A stretch of 64,000 nt of DNA from Microcoleus sp. BR0-C5 (GTDB lineage: Bacteria > Cyanobacteriota > Cyanobacteriia > Cyanobacteriales > Microcoleaceae), in the NCBI GenBank assembly GCA_036705045.1, contig JAUBTR010000019.1, one strand, 5' to 3'. Under the pieces are notes generated by a model. That model was not told where the DNA came from and did no database searches. It worked only from the letters and a program-made list of their open reading frames with translations. Below are positions 29,480 through 39,682 of the stretch, piece after piece; position 1 is the stretch's first letter, and every line of letters starts with the position of its first letter. Position numbers and translations under genes: made by a program.

Positions 29480-30511
29480 TTACTGGCGATTAACTGAAAC
29501 TATAACTTCTGTTCCGTTTCCGGGGTGGCTGTTTACAGTTAGCTGCGCGTTAATGCGATCGGCGCGTTCTCTCATGCCCAATAAACCAAAGCCATTCCTA
29601 AAACAGATACTTTCTGTATCAAATCCCTTTCCGTTGTCTTTCACCCGCAAAAGGAACTTGGATGTTTCGTAAACCAACTCAATTTTGATCGCTGTAGCTT
29701 TGGCATATTTGAAAATATTTGTTAATGCTTCCTGCCCGATTCGCAACAGGTTATTTTCTACCTCTAATGGTAGGGAATAGGCTGTGCCAACTACTTCTAA
29801 AATAGTGCGCGTATCAGTATCTGATGACATTTGTTTTGCAATTTGGTTGAGAGCGCTATACAAATCGCCATCTTCTAACAGTTGCGGGCGCAAAGATTCT
29901 ACGGATCGCCGTGCTTCAGCAAGTCCAGAACGAGCTAATTCGCAGACTGTTTTCATGTGTGCTTGTGCTTGTTCGGGATTGGCTGCTATTACCCGCTCTG
30001 CTGCTCCCAAATGTATGATAATGCCTGCAAAAGTTTGCGCTAAGGTGTCGTGAATTTCCCGCGCCATACGGTTGCGCTCTTCGAGAATATTTTGGTCTAT
30101 GAGTTGTTTAGACATCCTTTTTATACGTAATTGGTTTTCCACGCGCACTAAAACTTCTTGTTGTTGAAAAGGTTTTGTAATATAGTCTACTCCGCCCAGA
30201 TAAAATGCTTTTACCTTATCGAAAACTTCTTGCAAAGCGCTGATAAAAATTATTGGAATATCTTGAGTTTTCGGAGTAGCTTTGAGCTGCTCGCAGACTT
30301 CGTAGCCATCCATGTGAGGCATCATAATATCGAGTAAAATTAAGTCTGGTAAGTTGGCATTGATAAAGTTTAGAGCTAATTTCCCACTGGGAGCTAGGTG
30401 AACTTTATACCCAGCGACAGATAGTATCCCGCTTAAAAGTTTTAAATTCTCAGGACAATCATCAATAACTAAAATACTTTCTTCGCTGGTAAAACTGAGG
30501 TTTTTGTTCAT
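29480..30511 (-). CDS. Response-receiver-containing histidine kinase (REC - HisKA_3 - HATPase_c, NarL-partner type)
   Basis: N-terminal REC (LVIDD...D), then H-box REIHDTLAQ (HisKA_3) and an ATPase domain. Confidence 0.75.
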   Translation of the reverse strand: MNKNLSFTSEESILVIDDCPENLKLLSGILSVAGYKVHLAPSGKLALNFINANLPDLILLDIMMPHMDGYEVCEQLKATPKTQDIPIIFISALQEVFDKVKAFYLGGVDYITKPFQQQEVLVRVENQLRIKRMSKQLIDQNILEERNRMAREIHDTLAQTFAGIIIHLGAAERVIAANPEQAQAHMKTVCELARSGLAEARRSVESLRPQLLEDGDLYSALNQIAKQMSSDTDTRTILEVVGTAYSLPLEVENNLLRIGQEALTNIFKYAKATAIKIELVYETSKFLLRVKDNGKGFDTESICFRNGFGLLGMRERADRINAQLTVNSHPGNGTEVIVSVNRQ

Positions 30512-33500
30512 GTCTCATCCCTCAATGTGTGTATTAAGTTTAGCAACTGTTCGTACTGAAAATTTTTAATGCAAGCTGCGCTCGCCCTAGCTAAGGGCTG
30601 ATTGATTTCGCGAATTTGATTGATGACTGTTTGCATCTGTTCTAAATCGAGGTTGCTAATGGCTTGCTGGAGATTGGCTACTAACTCTGGAGGTAATTCA
30701 GAAAAAGCAGTTTTTGTCAATACATTCACTTCATTTTCTGTTAAAGTGGGCGCAGCATTTAGTTCTTCAAAAACGAATTTCACCCCGATATATTTGTGCA
30801 GATCATCAAATATGTTTGCTTCTCTAAATGGTTTGCGAATAAAATCATCGCAGCCGATAGAAAGAATCATAGCTTTATCTTCCTCAAAACTACTGGCTGT
30901 TATGGCAATAATTGCTGTTGCTTGACTTTCGATATCCCCGCCGTTAACAATGGTGGATCTTGATGATACTTTGGCTTTAATTTGTTTGGTTGCTTCATAC
31001 CCATCCATCACCGGCATCCGCATATCCATAAAGATTAAGTGCGGCGAATATTGCTCCCACTTTTCTATTGCTTCCATCCCATTTGTGGCTTCGTAGACTT
31101 CAAAACCGATCGCGGAAAGCAGTTTAACTAGCAGTTGGCGGTTGTCAAAAGCGTCGTCTGCAACGAGAATTCGATAGCGGGGTTGATTGGGTGCGATCGC
31201 AATAACTCGTCTGGTTGGCTGTTCCCGTTGGCGATCGGCACTTTCAACTGGATTAACTTTAATGTCAAATTTGAAGATAGTACCGCCTCTAGCACGAGAA
31301 CTGACTGTCATTTCACCGCCCATTAACTGCACAAAAGAACGTGCGATCGTTAAACCTAATCCTGTTCCTTGTTGCGATTCTTCCCCGGTTTTGGTTTGAA
31401 CAAAAGCTTCAAATATCTTGTCTAATTCACTAGCCTCAATTCCATCTCCTGTGTCTTCTATCTCAAACCAGATTTGCTGAGCAAAATCCTGATATTTAAT
31501 TTTTACATAAATGCAGCCTTCGGAGGTAAATTTAATCGCGTTAGAAAGCAAGTTAATCAAGATTTGGCGCAATTTTATTTCATCAGTTTGCACATATTGG
31601 GGAACGTCTGGCATCCGCTCTACTAATAACTGCAATCCCTTATTTTGTGCCGGAAGTTGGAACATATTTTCGATGTCGTCCAGCAGGCGGTGGAGGTCAA
31701 AATTGGTCTGGTTGAGAGTCGTGCGTCCCGCTTCTATTTTGGACAAATCTAATACTTGGTTAATCAGTTCGAGCAAATGTTCTCCGCTGCGGGTGATAAT
31801 ACTCAGGTGTTCTTGCTGTTCCTGCAATAGGTTAGAAGAACGATTCAACAGTTGGGAAAAACCCAGAATTGCATTGAGGGGAGTCCGCAATTCGTGGCTC
31901 ATATTTGCCAGGAATGTGCTTTTTGCTCGGTTGGCTGCTTGTGCTGCGTCTTCGGCTCGTTGTCGCTCGATGATTTCTCGCTGAAGTTCGAGAGTGCGAT
32001 CGCTCACTTGCTGTTCTAAGGTGCGGTTGTAGTCGGCTAGCAGCTTTTCGGCTTGTTTGCGATCGGTGATGTCTTGAAATGTGGCGATCGCATAATTAAT
32101 TTTACCTGTTTCGTCAACAATTGGAGTGCTAGAAACCTCTAAAGAAACAATCTTATCAGGTCGGTGGAACTCGATATCATCTACTTTAACCGTTTCACCC
32201 GCCAAAGAACGCACGATTGGCATTTGTGCGGCGGGATATAACTCGTTAGTTCCCGCGAGATAAAGTTGACAAGCTTCTGCTAATTTCTCAGTATTTGCTT
32301 CGGGTATTGTGGGAATAGCACTTAGTTGATGTGCCGTCTGATTTGCGTAGGTAATTTGTCCGGTGGTGTCATGCACGGCTACCCCAATTGGCATAGCGTC
32401 GATAAATTGAGTCAGTCGGTTTTCGCGTTCCTTGACTTCCGCGTAGAGTTTAGCATTGGTAAGTGCGATCGCTGCTTGTCCAGATAGCAATTGTAATACT
32501 TCCAGGCGATCGGGCGTAAAAGCTTGTGTAGTGAGGTTATTTTCGAGATAAACAATAGCACTGAGTTGACCTTGATTCATCAAAGCGGCACACAAAATAG
32601 ACTTAGGCTGACGTGATTTGATGTAAGGATCATTCGTAAAGTTACCTTCACGAGTGGCATCATTTAACACTAAATTTTCTTTGGTTCTAGCGACATAATT
32701 GATAATAGCTTCGGAAAGTTCCGGGCAATTTTCAACAGGCTCAGATTGCAGCACTGTTATCTGTTCATCATTCATTACACCTTCAGCTTCAATCAGCAAT
32801 TTTTTCTCGGTTTCTAAAATTAAATATGCTTTTTGAGCGCCGACATTTTCAATCAAAATTTTCATCAATCTGGAGAGTAATTTATCCTGTACAATTTCCC
32901 CAGAAATGGCCTCGGAAGCTTTCATGACTGTAGCGATATCCAAGGAAGAAGTAGAACGGCTGCCCCTGGTTAATGTAGTGGTTGAAATGTTTTTATGTGT
33001 AGGTTGCTCGATGGTAAATAATTGCGGATATCGCGTTTCTAAATCTTTAACTTTAGCCACCGCACCCCAGAGTTGATAGCAGTAGCGAGCTTCCTGCATA
33101 TAAGCTTTGGCTGTTAATTCTTTACCCCTGGATAAATAGAACTTGGCAGCGAGTTCGTAAGCGAGGGCGGCTTCGTGGATGTACTCGTTTTCTTTGGCGA
33201 GGGAAATTGCGTGATCGTAATAGTCGATCGCTTCCACAACTTGCCCCAAAACTCGCGCTTTTTCAGCTTCAACTAGATAAAATTTATGTAAGTAATTCAT
33301 GCGAGCGTGATGCGCCCATACCTGCATTTTTTCTTGATTAGCATTAACCCGCTTGAGAGCATTTTCTTTTTCAAAATTTGAATAATCAGCAAATACACTT
33401 AAATGCGCTAGAGCATCATAAAAATGGAAGATAGGTATAGCTGTCATTCCCATCACACCATCTAAATATGGTTCTGCAACTACTGCATTTTTAGCAGCTT

Positions 33501-36500
33501 CCTGGGACTTTCCAAACAAATAGCACAATATCAACTTATTTAGATAAAGCAATAAAAGTCCTTGTCTATCGCTCAATCCTAGCTGAAGTGGCTGAAGTGG
33601 TAGAAATTTCTCTTCGTTATAAAACTCTCCTATTAGCTGAGTTGGATTGTCAGCCTTACCTAATAAGTTAAAAATAATTTGTAAATACATTGCTAACCAA
33701 GTCAAGCAAGTATTGTTTTTTTTATTGGTCGGTATTTCATAAAAATAAATTAACTCTTTTTCTAAGTCTTTAAGTTCACATCCTACTGAGTAGGCATTAA
33801 AACAATAATCAAAAGTAGAATAACCAATAAAATCTATATTCCCTGTTTCAACAGCGCAGAAATAAGCCTCTTTTAAAATTGACAAGCTTCCCTTAAGATG
33901 CTTTTTCCAATGCAATATATGATTGCCAAATATATCTAAAACTCCAGCCTTCAGGTATTTGGCATTTAATTTTTCTACTAACCTTAAACCTAATCTTCCA
34001 TATTTATAGCCACTTTCAATATCTTGTATAGTTGTACACAATATGACTCCGTAACTTGCGTAAGCAAAACTAGACTTAGGAGCATTGCCAAATTTAATAG
34101 ATAAATCAATCTGTGTTAACACAAGTGGCACTAATAATTCTGGAATACCTATATAGCCGATTCCTATCATTCCTCCCAGAATCGACATAGCTGCTAGAGA
34201 TTCTGGATCGGTCATTTTGGGCAGGTTAATTAAGTTGTAAGGTTCCGCTTTTATATATATGTTATTTGGAGATTGTGGCCAAACAACTCCTAGCAAATGT
34301 AGCACTTTTAATCCAAGGTTAAACCCTTCTTTAAACTTGCTTATTCTTATGCAATGTTCAATCTTTAACTCATATATTTGGACTTGCTCTAGAACAGTTT
34401 TAGCATTTTCTAGGACAAGGTTAGCTAAAGCTTCCATTTGCTCAAAATTCCCCAAACGGTAGGCTACCTGTGCGGCTTCTTGATGTAGTTGCAAGCTGAG
34501 CTGGTATTGCAGCAGCCAAGTGTTTACTGTCAGCAAATTTATTCCTGTTTGCAGATAGTTGAAAGCTGGCTGATAAGCAGTTGATGCTTTAGCCTTTTGA
34601 CCTGCTATTAGGTTTAATTCTGCCAGTTCATCTTTTTCTGGCTGAGAAGTAATCAACTCTAAGCCGAAATTTAATTGATTAACAATATCAAATATTTTTT
34701 CGTCTCGCTTGTCGATGGGAGTATTTTGCAGCAGCAGTTGTCCTATTTGTTTGTGGACGATCGGCTTATCCTGTTCATCAATCAGGGAACAAGCGGCTTG
34801 CTGAATTCTGTCATGAACAAACTTGTATTCTACGGATTGCGTACTGGGGAACTTCCCTGCAATTTCTAATTCCACATCTCCCATATTCCCCAGCAACACG
34901 ACTAAATTTTCAGCAACGGCTGCGTACAAATCCTCCGCCGTTTCTCCCACAGAATTTTTGCAAAGTGAGGCTAATGTTTTCAGATCGAATTGATTGCCAA
35001 TGCAGGCTGCTATCTTTAACGTTTCCTGCGTTTTCTCTGACTGCTGTTGAATTTTTTCAGCCATCAACTCGACAACATTATCAGTTAATCCCCTCGCTTG
35101 AATTTCCTCTAAATCCCATTCCCATCTAAAAGCGTTTAAGTCAAATTGTAATAGCCCTTCCGTATAAAGTGATTTGAAAAATTCATTCATAAAGAAAGGA
35201 TTACCGCCCGTTTTGAAAAACACTAACTCGCCAAGGGACTTGACTCTTGCTTCCGGGCAATTCAGGGCATCGCCAATCAGTTGAGTAACCGTGGCTAAAT
35301 CCAAAGGCGACAGAAAAATGCGATCGACACTAGCTCCATTTTTGATAATTTCTTCAATTGTCAAGTTTAACGGATGAGCGGGAGAAACTTCGTTATCCCG
35401 ATACGCGCCAATTAGAAACAAACCAGGTGTCCTACCGCTCATTAACAGTTCGATTAACTTGAGAGAAGCGCCATCAGCCCACTGCAAATCGTCTATAAAT
35501 ACAGTCAGAGGATGTTCTGGTTTAATAAAGACTGTAATGAAATTTTGAAACACTAAATTAAAACGATTTTGGCTCTCGCTCGGCCCTACCTCTGGTACGG
35601 CTGGTTGCTTGCCTATTATTAACTCTACTTCGGAAATTACATCAATTATGACTTGACCGTTTATCCCTAAAGCTGTGAATAATTTTTGCCGCCACTCTTG
35701 GAGTTTTGCTTCACTTTCAGCTAATAGTTGCTTGACTAATTCTCGCAGGGCGATGACAACAGCACTGTAGGGAATATTCCTCTGATATTGGTCGAATTTG
35801 CCGGAAATAAAATAGCCGCGCTTTTGAGTAATCGGTTTATACAGTTCTTGCACGATCGCGCTTTTGCCAATGCCAGAATAACCAGCAATCATAAACATTT
35901 GGCTTTGGTCGGAAGCTCGATCGAAAGCAGTTAAAATAGTTGCAATTTCTCGCTCCCTGCCGTAAAGTTTTTGGGGTATTTGAAACTTGTCGGAAATGTC
36001 TTGACAAGCTAACGGAAAAAGTGATATTGTATTATTGCTGTGCAATTGATTCAAGCATTCTTCTAAATCGGTTTTAATTCCCAAAGCACTTTGATACCGC
36101 TCCTCAGCATTTTTCCCCATCAACTTCATCACAATATCGGAAACAATTTGCGGAATTTCGGGATTCACCTGAGATGGAGATAACGGCTGTTTAGCGAGAT
36201 GACTGTGTACCAATTCCAGCACATCCTGAGTGTCAAAAGGCAATTTGTTTGTCAACAGTTCGTAAAAGGTAGCCCCCAGGGAATAAAAATCCGTGCGGTA
36301 ATCTAAACTTCGGTTCATTCTGCCGGTTTGTTCCGGCGACATATAAGCAAGAGTTCCCTCTAAAATGTTGGGATTTTTGATGGTGTAATTCTCGCGCGTT
36401 AACTGCGTGGAAATGCCAAAATCGATGATTTTGAGTTGTCCGTTAGCTGGATTGAAGACAATATTTGAAGGGTTAATGTCTTTGTGAATGATGTGGGTCC

Positions 36501-36894
36501 TGTGAATTTGTTGTAAACTTTCTGTAGTGGCGATCGCAATTCGCAAGAATTCTGCAATACTAAATTTTTGCTGCTGCATCCAAATTTTCAAGGATTCGCC
36601 GCCAAAATCCTCCACAAACATCACCAGCGTGTTTTGATATGGCTGCAAATCATAGGCTTTTATACAGCCACTCAGATTCAGAGATTGTGTAATTTTATAC
36701 TCTGTGCGATAGCGGGCGAGTTCTTGGGGTGTGGGATAATTTTCTTTGAGGATTTTGAGGACGACGGGGAGACAGTCGGGTTGTCGGAATGCTCGGTAAA
36801 CCAGGGAGTTTGCGCTTTCGTAGATGAGCTCTGTGACTTCAACGCCAGGAAAAGTGAGCATATTCAGCCTGCGGTCAACTTTGCAGTCGAACAT
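30508..36894 (-). CDS. Giant multidomain signalling protein: Ser/Thr kinase - AAA/NACHT-like ATPase - TPR-like - GAF - PAS - HisKA - HATPase_c - REC
   Basis: HKDINPSN catalytic loop and DFG; P-loop GYSGIGKS; H-box MSHELRTPLNAILGF; C-terminal receiver (LVADD...D). Confidence 0.8.
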   Translation of the reverse strand: MFDCKVDRRLNMLTFPGVEVTELIYESANSLVYRAFRQPDCLPVVLKILKENYPTPQELARYRTEYKITQSLNLSGCIKAYDLQPYQNTLVMFVEDFGGESLKIWMQQQKFSIAEFLRIAIATTESLQQIHRTHIIHKDINPSNIVFNPANGQLKIIDFGISTQLTRENYTIKNPNILEGTLAYMSPEQTGRMNRSLDYRTDFYSLGATFYELLTNKLPFDTQDVLELVHSHLAKQPLSPSQVNPEIPQIVSDIVMKLMGKNAEERYQSALGIKTDLEECLNQLHSNNTISLFPLACQDISDKFQIPQKLYGREREIATILTAFDRASDQSQMFMIAGYSGIGKSAIVQELYKPITQKRGYFISGKFDQYQRNIPYSAVVIALRELVKQLLAESEAKLQEWRQKLFTALGINGQVIIDVISEVELIIGKQPAVPEVGPSESQNRFNLVFQNFITVFIKPEHPLTVFIDDLQWADGASLKLIELLMSGRTPGLFLIGAYRDNEVSPAHPLNLTIEEIIKNGASVDRIFLSPLDLATVTQLIGDALNCPEARVKSLGELVFFKTGGNPFFMNEFFKSLYTEGLLQFDLNAFRWEWDLEEIQARGLTDNVVELMAEKIQQQSEKTQETLKIAACIGNQFDLKTLASLCKNSVGETAEDLYAAVAENLVVLLGNMGDVELEIAGKFPSTQSVEYKFVHDRIQQAACSLIDEQDKPIVHKQIGQLLLQNTPIDKRDEKIFDIVNQLNFGLELITSQPEKDELAELNLIAGQKAKASTAYQPAFNYLQTGINLLTVNTWLLQYQLSLQLHQEAAQVAYRLGNFEQMEALANLVLENAKTVLEQVQIYELKIEHCIRISKFKEGFNLGLKVLHLLGVVWPQSPNNIYIKAEPYNLINLPKMTDPESLAAMSILGGMIGIGYIGIPELLVPLVLTQIDLSIKFGNAPKSSFAYASYGVILCTTIQDIESGYKYGRLGLRLVEKLNAKYLKAGVLDIFGNHILHWKKHLKGSLSILKEAYFCAVETGNIDFIGYSTFDYCFNAYSVGCELKDLEKELIYFYEIPTNKKNNTCLTWLAMYLQIIFNLLGKADNPTQLIGEFYNEEKFLPLQPLQLGLSDRQGLLLLYLNKLILCYLFGKSQEAAKNAVVAEPYLDGVMGMTAIPIFHFYDALAHLSVFADYSNFEKENALKRVNANQEKMQVWAHHARMNYLHKFYLVEAEKARVLGQVVEAIDYYDHAISLAKENEYIHEAALAYELAAKFYLSRGKELTAKAYMQEARYCYQLWGAVAKVKDLETRYPQLFTIEQPTHKNISTTTLTRGSRSTSSLDIATVMKASEAISGEIVQDKLLSRLMKILIENVGAQKAYLILETEKKLLIEAEGVMNDEQITVLQSEPVENCPELSEAIINYVARTKENLVLNDATREGNFTNDPYIKSRQPKSILCAALMNQGQLSAIVYLENNLTTQAFTPDRLEVLQLLSGQAAIALTNAKLYAEVKERENRLTQFIDAMPIGVAVHDTTGQITYANQTAHQLSAIPTIPEANTEKLAEACQLYLAGTNELYPAAQMPIVRSLAGETVKVDDIEFHRPDKIVSLEVSSTPIVDETGKINYAIATFQDITDRKQAEKLLADYNRTLEQQVSDRTLELQREIIERQRAEDAAQAANRAKSTFLANMSHELRTPLNAILGFSQLLNRSSNLLQEQQEHLSIITRSGEHLLELINQVLDLSKIEAGRTTLNQTNFDLHRLLDDIENMFQLPAQNKGLQLLVERMPDVPQYVQTDEIKLRQILINLLSNAIKFTSEGCIYVKIKYQDFAQQIWFEIEDTGDGIEASELDKIFEAFVQTKTGEESQQGTGLGLTIARSFVQLMGGEMTVSSRARGGTIFKFDIKVNPVESADRQREQPTRRVIAIAPNQPRYRILVADDAFDNRQLLVKLLSAIGFEVYEATNGMEAIEKWEQYSPHLIFMDMRMPVMDGYEATKQIKAKVSSRSTIVNGGDIESQATAIIAITASSFEEDKAMILSIGCDDFIRKPFREANIFDDLHKYIGVKFVFEELNAAPTLTENEVNVLTKTAFSELPPELVANLQQAISNLDLEQMQTVINQIREINQPLARASAACIKNFQYEQLLNLIHTLRDET

Positions 36895-37177
36895 AGCATA
36901 AATTTGCTCCTCACACCAGAGGTGCGTGAGCCATCAGTCGATTTTAGATTTTAGATTTTAGATTTTAGATTTTAGATTTTAGATTTGACTCCACATCTTA
37001 GATTTTAGAAGCCAAGACAGGCTTCCCAGTCCATACAGCTTGTTCGATAATGTCAGCGGCGCGCTTGACTCCGCCCGATCGCCTCTTGCATCTCGATCGC
37101 CCTTTGTTTATACGACTCTGGGGTTAGGACTTTCACAATTGCCGATCGGACTTTAGAAACGCTCAATCCTCCTATAA

Positions 37178-37567
37178 TTAATACATTAGCTTGCCATCGT
37201 TATTATTAATTCCCAGTAATGTGACAGAAGAATGTCGAGAATCACCGCTAGATGTGCGGCAATTGGCAGAAATTTGAGCTCCATTAATACCGAAGTCTGT
37301 GCAAGTTCGGTTGAACGTACTTGCTTCCCCAATATTGCCTTGTACCAGTTGTCCATTTTTATTATGAACCCCTTGAATGGTAATGGAAGTGCGTTGATTT
37401 GTACCATTTTTTTTCTCACAAGTTGCAGATAATTGAGCGCCATTGATTGAAAAATCCGTGCAACTGGTAGCAAAGGTACTTGCTTTTTGAGCATGGGTCG
37501 GCTGCTGGAAGATGGAGAGCGATAGTACGATTGAAGCAGATAATCCAGACAATTTAATTGAGTTCAT
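37178..37567 (-). CDS. Secreted cyanovirin-N homology (CVNH) lectin
   Basis: Signal peptide, then two tandem repeats (FATSCTDFSINGAQLSATCEKKNG... / FNRTCTDFGINGAQISANCRTSSG...) with the CVNH Cys spacing. Confidence 0.6.
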   Translation of the reverse strand: MNSIKLSGLSASIVLSLSIFQQPTHAQKASTFATSCTDFSINGAQLSATCEKKNGTNQRTSITIQGVHNKNGQLVQGNIGEASTFNRTCTDFGINGAQISANCRTSSGDSRHSSVTLLGINNNDGKLMY

Positions 37568-38021
37568 GGTCTTTTTTATGATTTACTATTTTCAGCGTAA
37601 GATAATAACCCTAAAAAGCTTCTAGCTTTTAGTTGAGTAGAAAATTAGCTAAATAGTCAGCTTGCGACTCAGCCTCTGTGAGAAAAAATCCTAAACTTTT
37701 GGCTAGGTGCCGCCTTAAAATATAGGCTTTGACCGCTTGAATAAGGTCAGGCATGGCACGCAAGCTTTAGTCATTGGAAGAGAGTGTTGCCAGTATATAT
37801 TTGTGTGGATCTTCGATACCTAGCCAAAAGTTCAGGTAATCTCCCCAACTAAAGGTGAGTTAAAGCTCTGTTGTTTTTATAGGTTCAAAACTAAACTTGG
37901 AGCTAGCGACTTTATCCGGGTAATTTCATAAACTAAATTTAGGCCAAGACCAGCACTAGGTTAGCTGGAAGAAAACAAATAAGGAGTTACTTCCTTAACA
38001 ATTAAATCAGGAGCAAATCTC

Positions 38022-38252
38022 ATGTCTTTTGAATTTGAAGGGGTCAATCAGTTTTCTGCAGAAGTTGAGCAAGATTCTGCCGTGCAGCAGCAACAGCCGC
38101 CAGCCAATTCTGTTGCTGAAGAATTGAACGATACGGAATTAGATGCGATTGCAGGCGGTCATATGTTATGGGATTATATGGAGCAGTGGCGTTTAGATAC
38201 AGACAATCCTGATGATACTAAGAACACACCACCTCTGATGGCAGGATTCTGA
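38022..38252 (+). CDS. Double-glycine-leader peptide precursor A (core HMLWDYMEQWRLDTDNPDDTKNTPPLMAGF)
   Basis: Leader ends ...ELNDTELDAIAGG followed by H. This is the classical GG cleavage motif recognised by C39-peptidase ABC transporters. Confidence 0.6.
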   Translation: MSFEFEGVNQFSAEVEQDSAVQQQQPPANSVAEELNDTELDAIAGGHMLWDYMEQWRLDTDNPDDTKNTPPLMAGF

Positions 38253-38478
38253 CAACTCACCACAGTTGAAGTGGACTTAAGAACAATCTGACTTGCAAAG
38301 AATGCCTGTATGGCCTATAAAATCGCGAACGGAAATTCGTCAAAAAGCGTTAAGTCAACCGTATTGAATTTTAACTCAGTAGCGGGTAAAAAGGTTGGAT
38401 AGCAGGCAACTTTGCTAGGAGTTGGTTCGATCGCTTTTGGAAGCAAAATTCACTAATTATGTCAGGAGGAAACATCAA

Positions 38479-38727
38479 ATGGAAACCAACAATCAATTTT
38501 TGCAAGAAGTATCGCCCCTGTTGTCCCAAATCGCAGCATCAGAATCGGTCAACTCAATCGATGAAGAATTGAACGAATTGGAATTAGAGGCGATCGCGGG
38601 TGGCCATTCCAATATGGCCAATCGCGCTCGGGCTGCGGGTATTCCTGTGATCACAGGCAGCGGGCCAAGGCCGAAATTTGCTAGTGGTTTCTCCATGTAC
38701 GGAGAGGATAAAAAGAGCGTCTTCTAA
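38479..38727 (+). CDS. Double-glycine-leader peptide precursor B1 (core HSNMANRARAAGIPVITGSGPRPKFASGFSMYGEDKKSVF)
   Basis: AGGAGG RBS 8 bp upstream of ATG 38479; leader METNNQFLQEV...IDEELNELELEAIAGG. The ORF track's longer 38422 start lacks an RBS. Confidence 0.65.
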   Translation: METNNQFLQEVSPLLSQIAASESVNSIDEELNELELEAIAGGHSNMANRARAAGIPVITGSGPRPKFASGFSMYGEDKKSVF

Positions 38728-38780
38728 CTAGAAGCGATCGAGCTTCTGCTGAGTTCAGCCACATAAGGAGGAAACATCAA

Positions 38781-39041
38781 ATGGAAACCAACAATCAATT
38801 TTTGCAAGAAGTATCGCCCCAGTTGTCCCAAATCGCAGCATCCGAATCGGCCAACTCAATCAATGAAGAATTGGACGAATTGGAATTAGAGGCGATCGCG
38901 GGTGGCCATTCCAATATGGCCAATCGCGCTCGGGCTGCGGGTATCCCTGTGATCACAGTCAGCGGCCCAAGACCTAATTTTGGTCCAGGCCCGGCTATGA
39001 ATAAGGAATTCTTGGAAGCATTAAGGAATTTCGATCGCTAA
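38781..39041 (+). CDS. Double-glycine-leader peptide precursor B2 (tandem paralogue of B1 with a divergent core C-terminus)
   Basis: Near-identical RBS, leader and first 20 core residues to B1. The core tail diverges (…VSGPRPNFGPGPAMNKEFLEALRNFDR). Confidence 0.65.
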   Translation: METNNQFLQEVSPQLSQIAASESANSINEELDELELEAIAGGHSNMANRARAAGIPVITVSGPRPNFGPGPAMNKEFLEALRNFDR

Positions 39042-39123
39042 CAGAAGAAATGATCGGCTTGTAACTAGAAGCGATCGAGCTTCTGCTGAGTTTAAACACT
39101 CAAGGACAAAACATCAATGGAAA

Positions 39124-39155
39124 CCCAGTTTCTTAAATAAACTGGGTTTTTATTT
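39124..39155 (+). terminator. Rho-independent terminator (CCCAGTTT-cttaaata-AACTGGG + TTTTTATTT) after a truncated third precursor start
   Basis: Stem-loop plus T-tract read directly. It is preceded by ATGGAAACCCAGTTTCTTAAATAA (METQFLK-stop), a remnant of another precursor copy. Confidence 0.6.
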
Positions 39156-39301
39156 ACCTCATATCACGTATATTTGAATCGATTATACTTCTTATAAAGG
39201 CGGTTTTTGCCAACCGAAATCGACTAAAAATAATGATTTTATCAACCCGCTTTTACCTCTAGAGCGCATCTAAATTCTGATTATATAAATATTTAAAAAA
39301 T

Positions 39302-39442
39302 ATGGATGCAAGACAGCCATTTTACCTGATGCAGCAAGCTCCCGATATGGGTAACACTACAATATTTAGCGTTGGCTTAGTTATCGCCTGCTTGCTATTG
39401 CTAATTTTGTTGTGGTTGCCCGATTTGCTGACAAAAGAATAA
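39302..39442 (+). CDS. Candidate 46-aa single-pass membrane peptide (MDARQPFYLMQQAPDMGNTTIFSVGLVIACLLLLILLWLPDLLTKE)
   Basis: Short ORF, not in the 60-aa track, between the precursor genes and the exporter. The hydrophobic core is typical of small immunity or accessory proteins. Coding status is unproven. Confidence 0.25.
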   Translation: MDARQPFYLMQQAPDMGNTTIFSVGLVIACLLLLILLWLPDLLTKE

Positions 39443-39682
39443 GCCTCATTCTGCTCGATTCATAGTGATGGCTGTAGGGGCGGGTTCGCCAAAATCTCGA
39501 ACACCGATCGAACAATTCCATAAACCCGCCCTCCCCCGCCTTGATTTACATCAACATTTTATCCTATAAATTAGCAGTTGATTTGTATTGTTGGTGGGTG
39601 GGGGCGGGTTTACGAGCTTGTTGATTTTTACCAGATATTGTTGGTGAACCCGCCCCTAGGGGTGTGTGAAATCGCGCTTACA

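Noticed and set aside
30620-31984. Several plus-strand ORFs (63-157 aa) inside the 2128-aa kinase gene and similar antisense ORFs inside other large genes
   Set aside because: They are fully embedded antisense to long, well-supported multidomain CDSs and lack recognisable motifs. They are treated as non-coding.
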